DNA from: Callorhinchus milii
Lineage: Eukaryota
Length of the DNA stretch: 64,000 nucleotides
Direction of reading: 5' to 3'
Assembly: GCF_018977255.1 (NCBI RefSeq)
Contig: NW_024704742.1
Location: forward strand, 102,426,001-102,490,000
Shown: piece after piece, positions 12,979 through 24,911 of the stretch
How positions within the stretch are numbered: position 1 is the first letter of the stretch
Layout: the number at the start of each line of letters is the position of its first letter
The notes under the pieces: generated by a model
Databases searched by the model: none
What the model was told of the DNA's origin: nothing
The model's input: the letters and a program-made list of their open reading frames with translations, nothing else
Made by a program: the position numbers and the translations under genes

Positions 12979-14200
12979 CCTTGCATTTGATATAGCGCTT
13001 TTCACGTCTTCTAGACGTCCCAAAGCGCTTCACAGAATATACTGTAAAGTGAATTGACTGTATATTTGTGGGTGAACGCAGCAGCCAATTGCACACAGCA
13101 GTGTCCCACAAACAGTCATGGATTGAAAATGACCAATTTATTATTGTTTTGTTTTTTTGGAGGGATTATTATTAGGTGTGTGGAGTAAGGAAACTTGCCC
13201 AAGGTTTCGCCCTGTTGGGAATTGAACTCAGGTCTCTCGCTTGCAAAGTGATGGTGGGTGAGAGGGAGGAGGGAGAGATGGGGAGGGAGGAATGTAGGAT
13301 GGTGGTGGTGGTAGGAGAAGATGATGGGGAGAGTGAGGGGGACAGAGAGGTTATGGTGGTGGGTGACAAGAGGCAGGTGGATGAGGCTGCCTGGCAGAAG
13401 TTGTGAATTTTAAATGAAAAGAAGTCCATGGCCTCCTCGCATTTGGCATTTGATACGAAGATTGAGGAGGCCTGAGGGGAGCACGGAGGAGGCAGTAGGT
13501 GGTGGAAAAAAGGGTTTTAGGGTTGTGTTTAGCCTCCAAGATGATGTTGGAGTAGAAGGCTGTTTTTGCACTTGTCAAAGAACGGTGGTAGCTGTGGAGA
13601 TGCTCGAGCCACAGTTGGCGGTGGACTATCAGGCCAGTTTTCCGCTATCTGCGCTCGAGCAGCCGAGTTTGGGTTTTTAGGCGGCGGAGATGGTTGTTGT
13701 ACCGAGGGATCAGGTGGGTTTGGAGATGGTCCTGGATTCAGAGGGAGTTGAAGGTGGAGGAGAGGCGATCATGGAGCTGCTGGAAGGCTGCTTCAGCATC
13801 TCCGCGGGTGGAAGGCCAGAGGAATAGGTTGTTTGATGATGCGAAGGCCTTTGTGAGGGTCTCAGGGGGTAGCCGTTTTCGAGGGCGGTAGAGGATGGTT
13901 GAGGGCTTGGTGGAGGAGAGAGGGATGTGAGAGGAGAAGGAGTTGAGGAAGTGGTCCGAGATGGCCTTGTCCACTATGCTGAAGTCGGAAATGTCAAGGC
14001 CGTGGGTGATAATGAGGTCAAGGGCATGACCATGGTTGTGGGTTGGTGAATTTATATGAAGGGTGAGGTTTAGGGAGGAGAGGAGGCAGTGAATTTGGCA
14101 GAAGTAGTGCAAGGGAAGTTTAGGTGGAGGTTGAAATCGCCCATGATGAGCAGGTGCTCGGAGCAGAGGGACAGGGAAGAGAGGAGAGTAGAGATGTCTG
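12400..14200 (-). mobile_element. L2 LINE ORF2 fragment (APE endonuclease plus RT N-terminus), split by a SINE
   Basis: EHLLIMGDFN, PTHNHGHALDLII and SDHF endonuclease motifs; [30 protein letters not shown] and [23 protein letters not shown] motifs; frameshifted. Confidence 0.93.
12935..13248 (-). mobile_element. SINE family A, short subtype, 5'-truncated, inserted in L2
   Basis: Long (ATT)n tail, tail loop TAGAA; head stops at the anticodon loop; L2 sequence continues on both sides. Confidence 0.93.
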
Positions 14201-14889
14201 TTTACTACTTTTCCTAGCTTTGTTTCATCTGCTTACTTGAAAATTGTATTCTCTATACCCAAGTCCATGTCATTTATATATTTGCTTTAAGGATCTATTC
14301 AGTATTACTGTTTTTCTTTTCTATGTTTATCTGTCATCTTTGTACTTCTTATTACTGTCTATATCTCCTTCCTAACAGTTGATACTTAGGTAAATACACA
14401 GAAGAAGACAATGACTTTAATTTGAAATCTTTTGATTTTAGCTCTTTATTTTTTCCTTCCAGGGACAGTTATCTACAAAGTCACAAAATATGTTTCAGTG
14501 ATGGTTTCATCTTATTCCACCCCTGTAGCTTCACTGAGGATGTTTAACATTATTTTCATTGTTGCACTTTTATTTCCTCATGTGGGAAACATCTGATATC
14601 TTAGGTTTGAGCCTCAAAACTAAATCTAAAATAGAAAAAGCATTAACATGTGATGACCAACTTGATGATGTTGAGTGATGAATGTGAAGCTGCTTATAGT
14701 CTAGGAGTGTGCATCAAGTCCATTGCGGTCTAGTGAAAGGATTGTATCGTATTCCTTTATGCTCTGTTAATGTGCATGTTGCTCTTCCTAAATGGGGTGT
14801 GTGATTTATTCCCTAGTTCTAGGAGTTCATAGATGAATGTGGATCTGATCCTTAACAGTGAAGTATGTGAATGTGTTTGCTTTTCCATT

Positions 14890-15270
14890 GGTTCATTGGT
14901 TGTACAGTATATGTTTGTGTCTGTATTTCTGATGATCTTGTCATGGTATATGTATGTACAGGTGTTCCTAGGAGTGATTCAGTGATAGCAGATGTAAACC
15001 CTAGAAAAATCTGCTTCTTGGATCTATGGTCCTGGGTGTATGTTTCTGTCTCTAATGGTTTGATGGTCTTGCGTGCTATGTCTACCTCTGGTGTTTATAG
15101 TCCTTGTGTATGTGTTTGTCTCTGAGGTCCAGTAATCATATGCGTGTTTCTATGTGTCTATCCCTAGGACCCATAGTCTTGTGTGTATGTTTCTGTCTCT
15201 GAAGACTTGTGATCCTATGCATATGTTTATCTCTGGGGTCTAGTGGTCCTGTATATATCTGTCTATAATG
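14890..15270. repeat. Degenerate minisatellite, unit about 33-38 bp
   Basis: Recurring GTGTATGTTTCTGTCTCT...GGTCC/GTCTT units, e.g. near 15036, 15106, 15183. Confidence 0.6.
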
Positions 15271-17059
15271 GACTGTATATATATTCACTCATCTCTGCTT
15301 GTCCAATATTTGACTTAATTAAACCAAAAAACTGAGTGTTTTGTAGCAAACAGTGGAATAAATTTGAATGTTCATCCTTTTCTAGAAGGAGATATCTAAT
15401 AAGCTATTTTTGTGTACAAATTAGAAATAATGAGTGCTTGGTAAGGAGCTATAGTTTAGCTGAAGGGCGTTACTCAAATCATAATGTCAGCTGAATCTAC
15501 AGGATTCAATTACAGTCATTAAGCTATTTAAAAATTCTACACTGCAGGCATTTTTACAATAAGACATATCAGCTGTTGGTTTACTAACAGCAAAAAGAGT
15601 CGATTGCACCCTGAACCTGTGTATGTGTCAAAATGTGATGCAGTTATCATGTTTGAAAGAACTTTGCACAATACCTTTAAGAGGCTACAAGGGTGCCTGA
15701 AAGAAATGTTGCTCTCATCTATTGTCATTGATCTAGTGGTGCAATTTATCCTTCTTGGAAAGGGGAAGGGGAGGAAATGGGATCTCCTTAGAGCGAGTAT
15801 GGTTCCTGAGCTAGGTGGGTCCATATTACGCCACGGCACTGCCGATGACAGACCAGCAAGTCTGGCTTGTTGTAAGGACTTGGAGGGGCACACTGGTCAC
15901 TGGCAGGGAGTCTTCCTGCTAGGCTCCTCTTACCCTGCAAGCCAAATCCATCATGGAAAGGGTGGTTCTAATTAGACAAGCAGCAGAAAGCAATGCTCTC
16001 AATGGCAAGCTATGTGATTTCAGTTGATTAACCACCAACAGTTACCCAACACACACACTGGGAGGACAAAGCATGAGTTCTTGTCAACCTATGCCTAATA
16101 CTCTCTGAAATTAGGTAAGTAGGATGCATTCCTCTAGGGATAGTGTATCCATTCTAGATACATGGACATTCCTGTGCTTTGGATAAGCATATGTGTTGCA
16201 AGCTTCTGTTTACTTTATTATCAACTACTTGATTGCAGAAGTATTCCTGATGGACTCTATGTCCTCAAACGCTTTTTGTGTCAATATAACAAACAGTAGG
16301 ACCATGATATTGGTAGAATATTAGGTATGCACTGTGTAGAATACAACATGGAGTATGCTTATAATAACATGAATTGCTTCTGAAATAAAATGTGTGCCGA
16401 ATATTAGATTCAAAGCCATAGGTACAGTGCTGTACCTGGTCTGAATTCTGCTTCTCTCTTAGTAATTAATGACAGTGTCCTTTCTTTACATTCAGGGCTT
16501 TTGTTGCAGCCTATTGCATCAAATAGGATTTCTATATCTCTGGGTTATAGCATGTGAATGCTTCTGATAGCATTATAAACCAAGAGGGGAAAATGAGAGC
16601 AGATTTATCACCTTAGATTGTTACGGCCAATAACAATGTCCCACGTTGGTTTTATTTTATATTTTTCACTGTTTGCACTTTTTGCACTGACAGTCAGTCA
16701 TCTGAGTGCCATTTCATGTACTGCTCTCGATATTACGTACTTACAGTATCTGAACAGCCTTTGCGCAAGTCAGTTAACACGCAGAAATACTCTACAGTTA
16801 TAATACTGAATGCCCTCCAGAGTCACATAATAGAAAAAGAGAATTTTATTGGGAAATGATACAATGCAGTGCTCTGATTTCCCACATGATGAAAGACACA
16901 GAGTTCTATCAACACTGTAACTCCCCCACAAATTAATATTTCGGCTTTTAAGGTTATTATTACATTGCTACATTACAAAATGAATGGTTTTAGATGTGAT
17001 CCTGTTTTGAAGGTTTTTTCTTCACCATATTTTTCCTCTCTTTTCATGAAGCAGATGGT

Positions 17060-17150
17060 GATGGGAGAGGGGATTAGGAGGGTTCGAATCACATGTGGAG
17101 TATAAACACCAGCAAAGTTTGGATAGGCTGAATGGTCAATTTCCATATAA
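17060..17150 (+). mobile_element. CR1 3' UTR remnant
   Basis: GTGGAGTATAAACACCAGCA...GGCTGAATGGTC resembles the CR1 end at 63620-63680. Confidence 0.5.
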
Positions 17151-17194
17151 TTGTATGAAGATACCAGCATTTGATTCCAACAAGCATCATCTTC

Positions 17195-17500
17195 CCTGTG
17201 GTATATTCCCCAGGGACCTGGTCTTTGTGTGCGTGCCTAAACAGTGAGTGTCACCAGCTATTCAGTGTTATAAAGTCTGATTCTGTCGTCATTGCGGACA
17301 TGGACTGACCAGCAGTAATCATTTGATATCAGTTAAGAACGTGAACCCTACCTGGGGATTAAGAGCTCTGAGATCAACCATGGCTTCTTCTGTTGCCCCA
17401 TTTGAGATCAACTGACTCAACATAGACGGGAAACCTAGGGCTTTCTGAGTTGGTATAGTTCACGTCCACACTGGGCAATGATCTTTCCAATAGAGCCACG
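17195..17500 (-). mobile_element. Old SINE family C, degraded
   Basis: CCTAAACAGTGAGTGTC...GACCAGCAGTAATCATTTGATA...TGAGATCAACTGACTCAACATAGAC is similar to 49490-49750 and 60330-60720. Confidence 0.5.
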
Positions 17501-19384
17501 TGGAGTTCAAAATAGTTTTATATATGAGCCCAAGAACCTTAAATGCATCTGGTCTCCATTTTGTTGGATCTTGACAGTCACAGAAAGGAAACGGAAACTG
17601 TAGAGTGGAGTTGACGCTCATTTGTAAACAGGACACACTGTGGAGGATCTCTGAGGGATTTCTTAAGCTGGTCACCAGATGTAGAGAATTTTACATTCCG
17701 TGATTTTAATTAAAAATTCCATTGTAATTACGGAACCCAAAATATCAACTGTACCTAGCGCACAGCACAACCTCATCTCACTTACTAGAAATGAAAACAT
17801 TTCACTAACAGTTCTCATTCAAATTTGCATATTCCATACACAATAAACTTTCGCACATTTATTTGTGGGACGCTGTGACTATAATATAGCTGGGCGTCTT
17901 ATCAGTAAATTGGTTACATGCCAGATAGTGTCAGGGCCAAGTAAACAATGTAGAGATCTTTTCCAGTTCTGCTCATGGAGAGTTTGTTTGCACGAAAGGG
18001 ACAGAATTTGCATCATGTACTCCACTGGCTTATCTATTACCTTCTACCATATCATTGGCAGTCATAACAATAACCAGAGGAGCCTGGACTGAAACAGATT
18101 CTGGTACATTCATGTAAAATAGATTATTTGCTTTCCTGTGTTTAGACTAGTTATTTGATTGTCATCTATATGGTCTTATACATAAAGCAGTCTGTTTTGG
18201 AGTTTTGGAGACTGCTGCTTTACAGTGAAATGTTGCTGAGCCCACGACTTCCAAGACCTATAAATTGCATGGTAAATTATATATCACTGCCCTCAACGAT
18301 TCCTCAATCCTGGGGCTTCTTTCTGAAATGCCATCAGAAATTGTTTCCTGTATTTACTCATTGCAGCACTAACAGAGATCTTTTTCCCCATGACATGAAG
18401 TCCGATTTGTGGAATTCTTAATTGGATTCCGTAATAAGCAACCTGAATCACACAAATGGGGTCTCACTCCTTCGGATAACAGTAAGTAGCTCACACAAGG
18501 AAAAGCCTTTCTGGCACATTCTACCTCTGGAGCGCAGTTGCAATGGACAATTGGAATTCTAATAGATTCCTTATTAAATAATCTCAGTTTTAAAAATACC
18601 CTAAATTAGACCCCCATTATTTTAAAGGAGACTTGATGATTTATTTGATCGAAATATGATTATTTTTCTACTATTGTTGTAGGTAGTTTGATATTTCACA
18701 ATGAACAAAAGCAGAGATAATATTTTGGAGTGTTTTAGTATATTTTTATACCTGCTTTATTTGAACCAATCCAGAGACCAGAATACATCCACTGAAAATG
18801 CACACAAACAAATATAACACTTTTAATAGTGCTTGTATTAGATACAGTGCCTTTCACATCAGGAGGACATTTCAAAGTGCTTCACAGGGTAAACTGTCAT
18901 GTATAATGACTGTATCTTAATTTTTTTAAATTAGCACAAAAAGGTGTCATGAGGTACAGCAATAAAAAGTAAATAATCCAGATATTATAATAAATGACAG
19001 GCCTAATGAATAACTAGTGAGGTGATCAAAAGAGCGCTTGGTGATTTATTATTAAAATATTTTAGACTTGAGATATTAGGCAAAAACGAAGTTCACAAAT
19101 TAAACGCAGGAAATATAAGTGACCTTTGCTGAGAAGTTTTCTCCAATCCTACCTGGATCATTTACTCACTACTGGGCTGATGAGTCATTAACTTCAAGTG
19201 ATGCTTCTCCTGCTGCTGTTGTCTCCTGCATTTGATTTCAGAAGATCTACTTTCTCATATTATAACCTTTAGTGTAATGGTAGGTCTGCTGAAACTCCTG
19301 TCACTCTAAGCTGTGACAATGGAGAAATTATGAATATTAACTTTCTGGTATTAATATTACTGATATTCAAAAAGAGAAAGGAGT

Positions 19385-19562
19385 ACTGGCCAAAGTTCCC
19401 CAGATAAAATTGGACATTTACTTCATGACGGTTTGCAGGATATTGCTGTGTGGAAATTGGCTGCTGTGTTCAACTGCAAACACACAGTCAATGCTGCACT
19501 TCACAGTAAAATCCTCTGAAGTACATTAAGACATTTTGATGGCGTGATAAGGCACCATAAAG
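19385..19562 (+). mobile_element. Deu-SINE 3' half
   Basis: GGTTTGCAGGATATTGCTGTGTGGAAATTGGCTGCTG...GGCGTGATAAGGCACCATA. Confidence 0.6.
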
Positions 19563-19979
19563 ATGAGAGGTGGAGGCTTGGGAGGGGGTTGCTTCTCAGG
19601 GGAAAAAAGGGGAAATCTAAACCCTGCAATCTATGAGCCAAATAAATGAGTGGGACGATCAAAAAGCCTTCAAAGAATTCATTCTTTTTTGGGAATGAAT
19701 TGAATGTTGGGTAGGAACGCAACTACATTGCAATCAAAAGACCACAACTATTTGCACATAGTCTGTAACAAAGGGTGAATGAGTTTTACAGGAACGCTGA
19801 TCCTTAAAATAACAAGGTGGATGTGCTTTTTAAAAAATATATGTTTTTCAAAACAGAAAGAATAATATTTAACATAACTTTCCTACTCAGGGCTGTAATA
19901 ATGGGGGCAGGGGGAAGGAGGGAAGTTGTGTACATGGGATCCTAAAACCTGAAAACTCCTGGAATTTCAAACCAGTAAC

Positions 19980-20250
19980 ATTACAACAATAACAACTTGC
20001 AGTTATATAGCGTCTCAGAGCGTTTGACAGTGACAGAGTCTAACAACGAGCCGAGGGAGAGGGTAGTGACCATTAGGCGGGATTTGAAAGTGGTGGGGGG
20101 TCGGGGAGGCAAGGTGGAGGGATTGAGGGAGAGAGTGTGATCGGGGTACAGAGTTTTGTGTGGATGAGTATCCGGGCAGCGGAGTTTTGGATTAATTGAA
20201 TTTTGTGTATGGTGGAGCTGGGGTGACCAGTGATGAGGGCATTGGTGGCA
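19980..20250 (-). mobile_element. L2 LINE 3' fragment with internal deletions
   Basis: NALITGHPSSTIHKIQLIQNSAARIL; tail ACGCTATATAACTGCAAGTTGTTATTGTTG. Confidence 0.8.
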
Positions 20251-23049
20251 ATATTTAGTAAAACACAAGCCAAGATTACATTTTCTTAAATAATGCATCA
20301 GATTTAATGTTCAACAGTCCATCAGAACTGATCAGCAACTTGAAACTGGGTGAATATTTGTACTCCTGGAATCATTGTACATTTAGAGTTGATGCAGAAT
20401 TAAAAGCTAGAAGCAAAAAGAATAAATGCAGAAAGAATACAGAGGTGTACAAGCAGAAGAATGTAAACTCTGGGCTTCTGAAAAACTACTAAATTAGAAC
20501 TAAAAAATAAAAAAGGGGAGAAAATGAATTCTTTAAAGACTATTTAAGAGAGCTGAAAAAAACAATACTTCCTATGATGCAAAAGAAAAGATGAAAGAAA
20601 AGAAAAGAGGCACGATGAAGAGTAAAATAGCCATAGAAAAAAGGAAGCCACAATGAATGAAATGTCAGGATTAAAAATTGCTGCCTTTGAGGGAAATGGT
20701 GATGTCACCTCAGCAATAAAAAAGGCCCCAAAGGATGTAAACTGTGTTTTCTGTTGGGAATCCTCTGTACGTTACATTGTTTTGCAAGACCTTAACTCCA
20801 ATCAAATCTCCAGTTTAGGCCGTATGAGTTAGTGTGAAGTGATGGGAGTGGGGGTGGGAATTCCCTGCAGAAAACTGGGTTCGCGTCCCAAGGTGCTTTT
20901 TCCAGGTTGAGAGACACCAACAACAGTTTTCCGTCAAGCACTTTTTCAACCTAATTATTCAGACAAGAACATCACAGGGCTGAAATTTCAAGTGGCAAGA
21001 TAGGTGGTGTCGGCCTCAGAAGGGATGTCCCCATTGTAATCGCAGATCATTAAAGTCTCCACCCGGAACACCACCAGTAGTCAGCCCTCTGGTGTTGAGT
21101 TCCCTGGCTGAGACAGCGGACAGGCACTACGCTTTTAGGCAGCTCTTGAGCACATCTTGAGGAAGACAGACAGTGGTTTAATATCTATGTTGGAAAGAGG
21201 GAGACAACAGCATCATGTCTGATCAAGAAAACGAATAACCAAAGTTCAATAAAAGGATAATGAAAGCAGCGGCAGTCCTGATGTGTTGTAAACTCCAAGT
21301 GGCCAAGGGTCCTGGAGATGACTGGCTGACCTGCAGGTCTGAGCTGGGAGAGTTGTTCTGACAGTCCCAGGGCGAATCTGAAACCTTAGATAATGAATAC
21401 AATCTGGAAAACAGGCATATAACATAAAACATTCTGCAAATCTGAGGCCAGCACAACAACAGCCCCTTTCATTTGTTTGCTGTGATTAATAGCATAGGGT
21501 GGACTGGTTTCAGTGACAAATTTCTACCTATTAGTTACACAGAACCATAACAAGATTGTGTTTTTACAGTTGCAGCGATTGGGCTCACTTTACATGCCAC
21601 AGTGCATTTTATCTGACCAAAATACCTGCTGTTGACATACAGAGACCATCAATAATGTTTCAGTACAATCCACCAGTTTGAGTGAGTTTCTCAAGCTTCA
21701 CGTTAATCGCCTGTGCATTCAAATGAAGTTAAAGAGACAACTTGTCTTTATGAAAACAAAAATGGATGACAAAATATTTTCGGGTTTGTTTGGATAAAGA
21801 CAAAAACAGAAGAGAGTAGTGTCATTTTAATGTCACAGAAAAGTGATGTATTGATGTGTTTTGATTTAAGTCATCACATTGATGTATGCATTGTCCTTTC
21901 TTTACCTATCATCAGATAGCACAGGATGATTTTCTTTTTTGACCATGTCTACAACCACCTCTCCTTTCTCCCTGGCTTGACATCAAACTATAATAATAAT
22001 AATGCCATTGTTCAGCACTCCGAGATGCTACCCTCTGTGAAAGGCGCTATATAAATGCAAGTTGTCGTTGCTGTACTTGTGGGGGGGAAATCTTTCAGAT
22101 AAAAAGTCAATCTCTAAGGGTTCTTTAAAATTCTGACTCCTGTTGAATGAGCACTCATCTGCCAGAAGTTGCAATGCCACTCAGGCCACCATACAATGCT
22201 GTTTGAACACCAGCCTTTGAAATCCCTTCTCGGTGGTGGAGCACCATTATAAATCCCAACCCAGACTATAACAAACTACAATAACTATCCACTATGCACG
22301 TATATAGACAGCCAGCTTGCCTCCTGCAAGCCAAATGGTTCTCCTGCTAAAATAAAAATGTCTGGCATCTGGACTACAAATGCGCAAAACCGGAAGTGCT
22401 GTCATTGGCTAGTTGATGACCTGGAAGTGATGGGGTTTTTTGCACAGAAAACTAAAAATGCTGACTACCAAGTCACTGGGTTGGCACCAAGGAAGTGAAA
22501 TCAGTGGTGACCAGATGTCAGATATTTTAATATGAATGCTGGCTAGTGTTATGTAATGTTAGCAAGATGCATTCATACACATTGAATGGGGTCCAGAGTG
22601 CAACCATATTAAAAATGAATTAATGCTGTAAATTGTATAACAAACCCTAATGATTTATTCCTACTCTGAAACAATTTTTTTCTTCACTTTTTCTGCCACT
22701 TCTTTCCAATAGGCAGAGAGTCTAATCACTAATTGTTGTTGAGATATTGACTTGTATAAAGATTGAAAGAAGGAACCATCACAACCTGAGTCCGTTTCAG
22801 TGCTGCCCCAATCCGCTACAGTGATCTGTGGTTTCTCTGACTCAATTTATTTCCTCTCTGTGGTTTCCTCACTGACATTCATTCCTACTCTTCTGAACAG
22901 AGTTCAGAAAAATACAGGGTTGAGTTAAAAAAATGTCATATAATCCCCCCAAAATCTGTAATACTATGAAGTACTCCTGATTATAATTGAATGTGCTTGC
23001 AAGCAAATTTTGGTGTTCTTCAAGTTAATATGGACACATATTCCCCAGG

Positions 23050-23240
23050 CATCTCCTGCAGTCATGTCAATCATACCCAAAGCCAGCCACCTGGTCCTCA
23101 CGCTTTCTGCTTTCAAAACCCAGCTAAAGCCATCTCTCTGTCTGCACCTTCAGCCACCTCCCCTTCCTTCCTATCTCATTCCCATCTCAAGCTCTGTAAA
23201 TCCATTTGAGATGTTCTCACTACGTGAAAGGCATCATACA
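23050..23240 (+). mobile_element. L2 LINE 3' end, degraded
   Basis: AFKTQLK coding followed by TTTGAGATGTTCTCACTACGTGAAAGGCATCATACAAGT tail. Confidence 0.6.
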
Positions 23241-23247
23241 AGTCTAC

Positions 23248-23448
23248 GTGGTGGTGGGGTGGTGAGGTGGAAAGATCCAGTCTGATGAGCCAGGATTTCT
23301 GGCAAGGTATAATCACAATGCCACTATCAGCATTTTTCAGCAATGTTTGAATCCCACAAGCCAAAGATGGAGAATAAATTATTTTCCACTCGCAAGATTC
23401 AAACAATCTGAATCAAAGCCAATATCCTTGGCCACTGTGAGGGGACTG
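23248..23448 (-). repeat. Unnamed dispersed repeat with internal hairpin (copy 1)
   Basis: Reverse complement aligns by eye with 50300-50497 (TCACAGTGGCCARGGATATTG...GATTCAGATTGTTTGAATC...GGATTCAAAC). Confidence 0.8.
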
Positions 23449-23824
23449 TACTAGCTGAAACAGTAGTCCAGCAAGGACAGTGAGACTGCTCAGAGCAGTG
23501 TTGGCAAACCCTAGGAGACTCGGGAGTCAGGAGTCGGCAATCCCGGTCTGATAAGCCATAGGTTTGCTGTATAAGTGTAAATGTTCATTGAAAGAAATGG
23601 TGAGTATTACGGGAATTCATTTTCAACATTATTTCAGCCAGTAGTCCAAGTAAGAAGATGTTCATTTGGCACTGTGGCAAGCTCACAGCAGAATTACTCG
23701 AAATTAAGTGCATGAAAGCAAGGGGGAATGTTGGCTCATTTAATGTATTCATTTTATATATGGACATTCATTTGATGTGTTGTCTGACAATGACATTCAT
23801 TGTACAAGATGCTAAAATATTGAT

Positions 23825-24405
23825 GATAATAACTACTTGGATTTATATAGCGCCCTCCACGCCGGACGGCATCTCAGAGTGCTTTACAGTAACGGATCCC
23901 GGGACCGAGTCAGGGGGAGGGGAAGGAAAGTGACCAAAGGCACGGTCGAAAAGAAAGGTTTTCAACAGAGACCTGAAAACGGGAAAGGAGGGAGTGAGAT
24001 GAAGGGAGTGAGGAAGGCAGTTCCAGGGCCTCGGGGCATAATGGCTGAAGCCATGGAGGGTGGAGCAGAGGACTCGGGGGACGAGGAGGAGGCCAGACCC
24101 GGAGGAATGAAGGCAGCGGGTACTGTTTTGAGGAGAGAGGAGGTCAGAGAGGTAGGGGGTTGCAGAGGAGTGCAGGGACTTGAATACAAGGGTGAGGATC
24201 TTGCTTTCTGGGATAGACAGCCAGTGCAGTCTGGCAAGGACTGGGGTGATCGGAGTGCGGGTGAGAATGTGGGCGGCAGAGTTTTGAATTATTTGGATTT
24301 TATGGATGGCAGTGGATGGGAGACTGGCGAGGAGGGCGTTGGAGTAGTCCAGCCTAGAGGTGACAAAGGCATGGACCAGCGGCTTTTGGGGAGAGGTATT
24401 GGCAG
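23825..24405 (-). mobile_element. L2 LINE 3' fragment
   Basis: LVHAFVTSRLDYSNALLASLPSTAIHKIQIIQNSAAHIL...LHWL...FRSLLKTFLFDRAF; tail GAGATGCCGTCCGGCGTGGAGGGCGCTATATAAAT. Confidence 0.92.
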
Positions 24406-24422
24406 AGACGGGGAAATAAAGG

Positions 24423-24570
24423 AAAATAACATAAAGGCTGGTGCCCCTCATATTCCTTTATCTTTCATCTATGGAGTTAATAACATCGTCGTAGTGTTAT
24501 ATGACAATGTTATAACCTCTGTGGATGAAAGATAAAGGAATATGAGGGGCACCAGCCTTTATGTTATTTT
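24423..24570. repeat. 148-bp palindrome with perfect 47-bp arms
   Basis: 24423-24469 is the exact reverse complement of 24524-24570; the 54-bp centre is also imperfectly self-complementary. Confidence 0.95.
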
Positions 24571-24594
24571 TCTTCATTATCAATATTTTATGAC

Positions 24595-24911
24595 TAATAA
24601 TAATAATCCTTGCATTTGATATAGCGTCTTATCATGTCTTCTAGACGTCTCAAAGCACTTCACAGAATATACTGTAAAGTTAATTGACTGTACATTTGTG
24701 AGCAAAACGCGGGATAGCCAATTGCGCACAGCAGTGTCCCACAAACAGTCATGGATTAAAGTGTCCAATTTATTATTGTTTTTTTTCTTGAGGGATTATT
24801 ATCAGGCGTGTGGAGTAAGGAAACTTGCCCAAGGTTTCACCCTGCTGGGAATTGAACCCACGTCTCTCGCTTGTAAGGCGAGTGCTCTAACCACTGAGCT
24901 ACAGGACTCCA
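24595..24911 (-). mobile_element. SINE family A, short subtype
   Basis: Complete tRNA-like head, TAGAA tail loop, (ATT)n. Confidence 0.93.

Noticed and set aside
12325..13023. 232-aa ORF with a poly-Ile run
   Set aside because: Chance fusion of a SINE (ATT)n tail, L2 RT and CR1 sequence.
14890..15270. CRISPR-like array
   Set aside because: Eukaryotic context, no identical repeats with unique spacers, no cas genes.
15537..15975. Overlapping 118- and 123-aa ORFs
   Set aside because: No recognisable domain and no coherent splice structure.
18374..18487. Acceptor/donor pair (CATTGCAG...GTAAGT)
   Set aside because: Stops in all three frames; at most a non-coding exon, with no evidence.
23837..24535. 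232-aa Gly/Glu-rich plus-strand ORF
   Set aside because: Antisense frame of a C-rich L2 fragment, which is naturally poor in stops.
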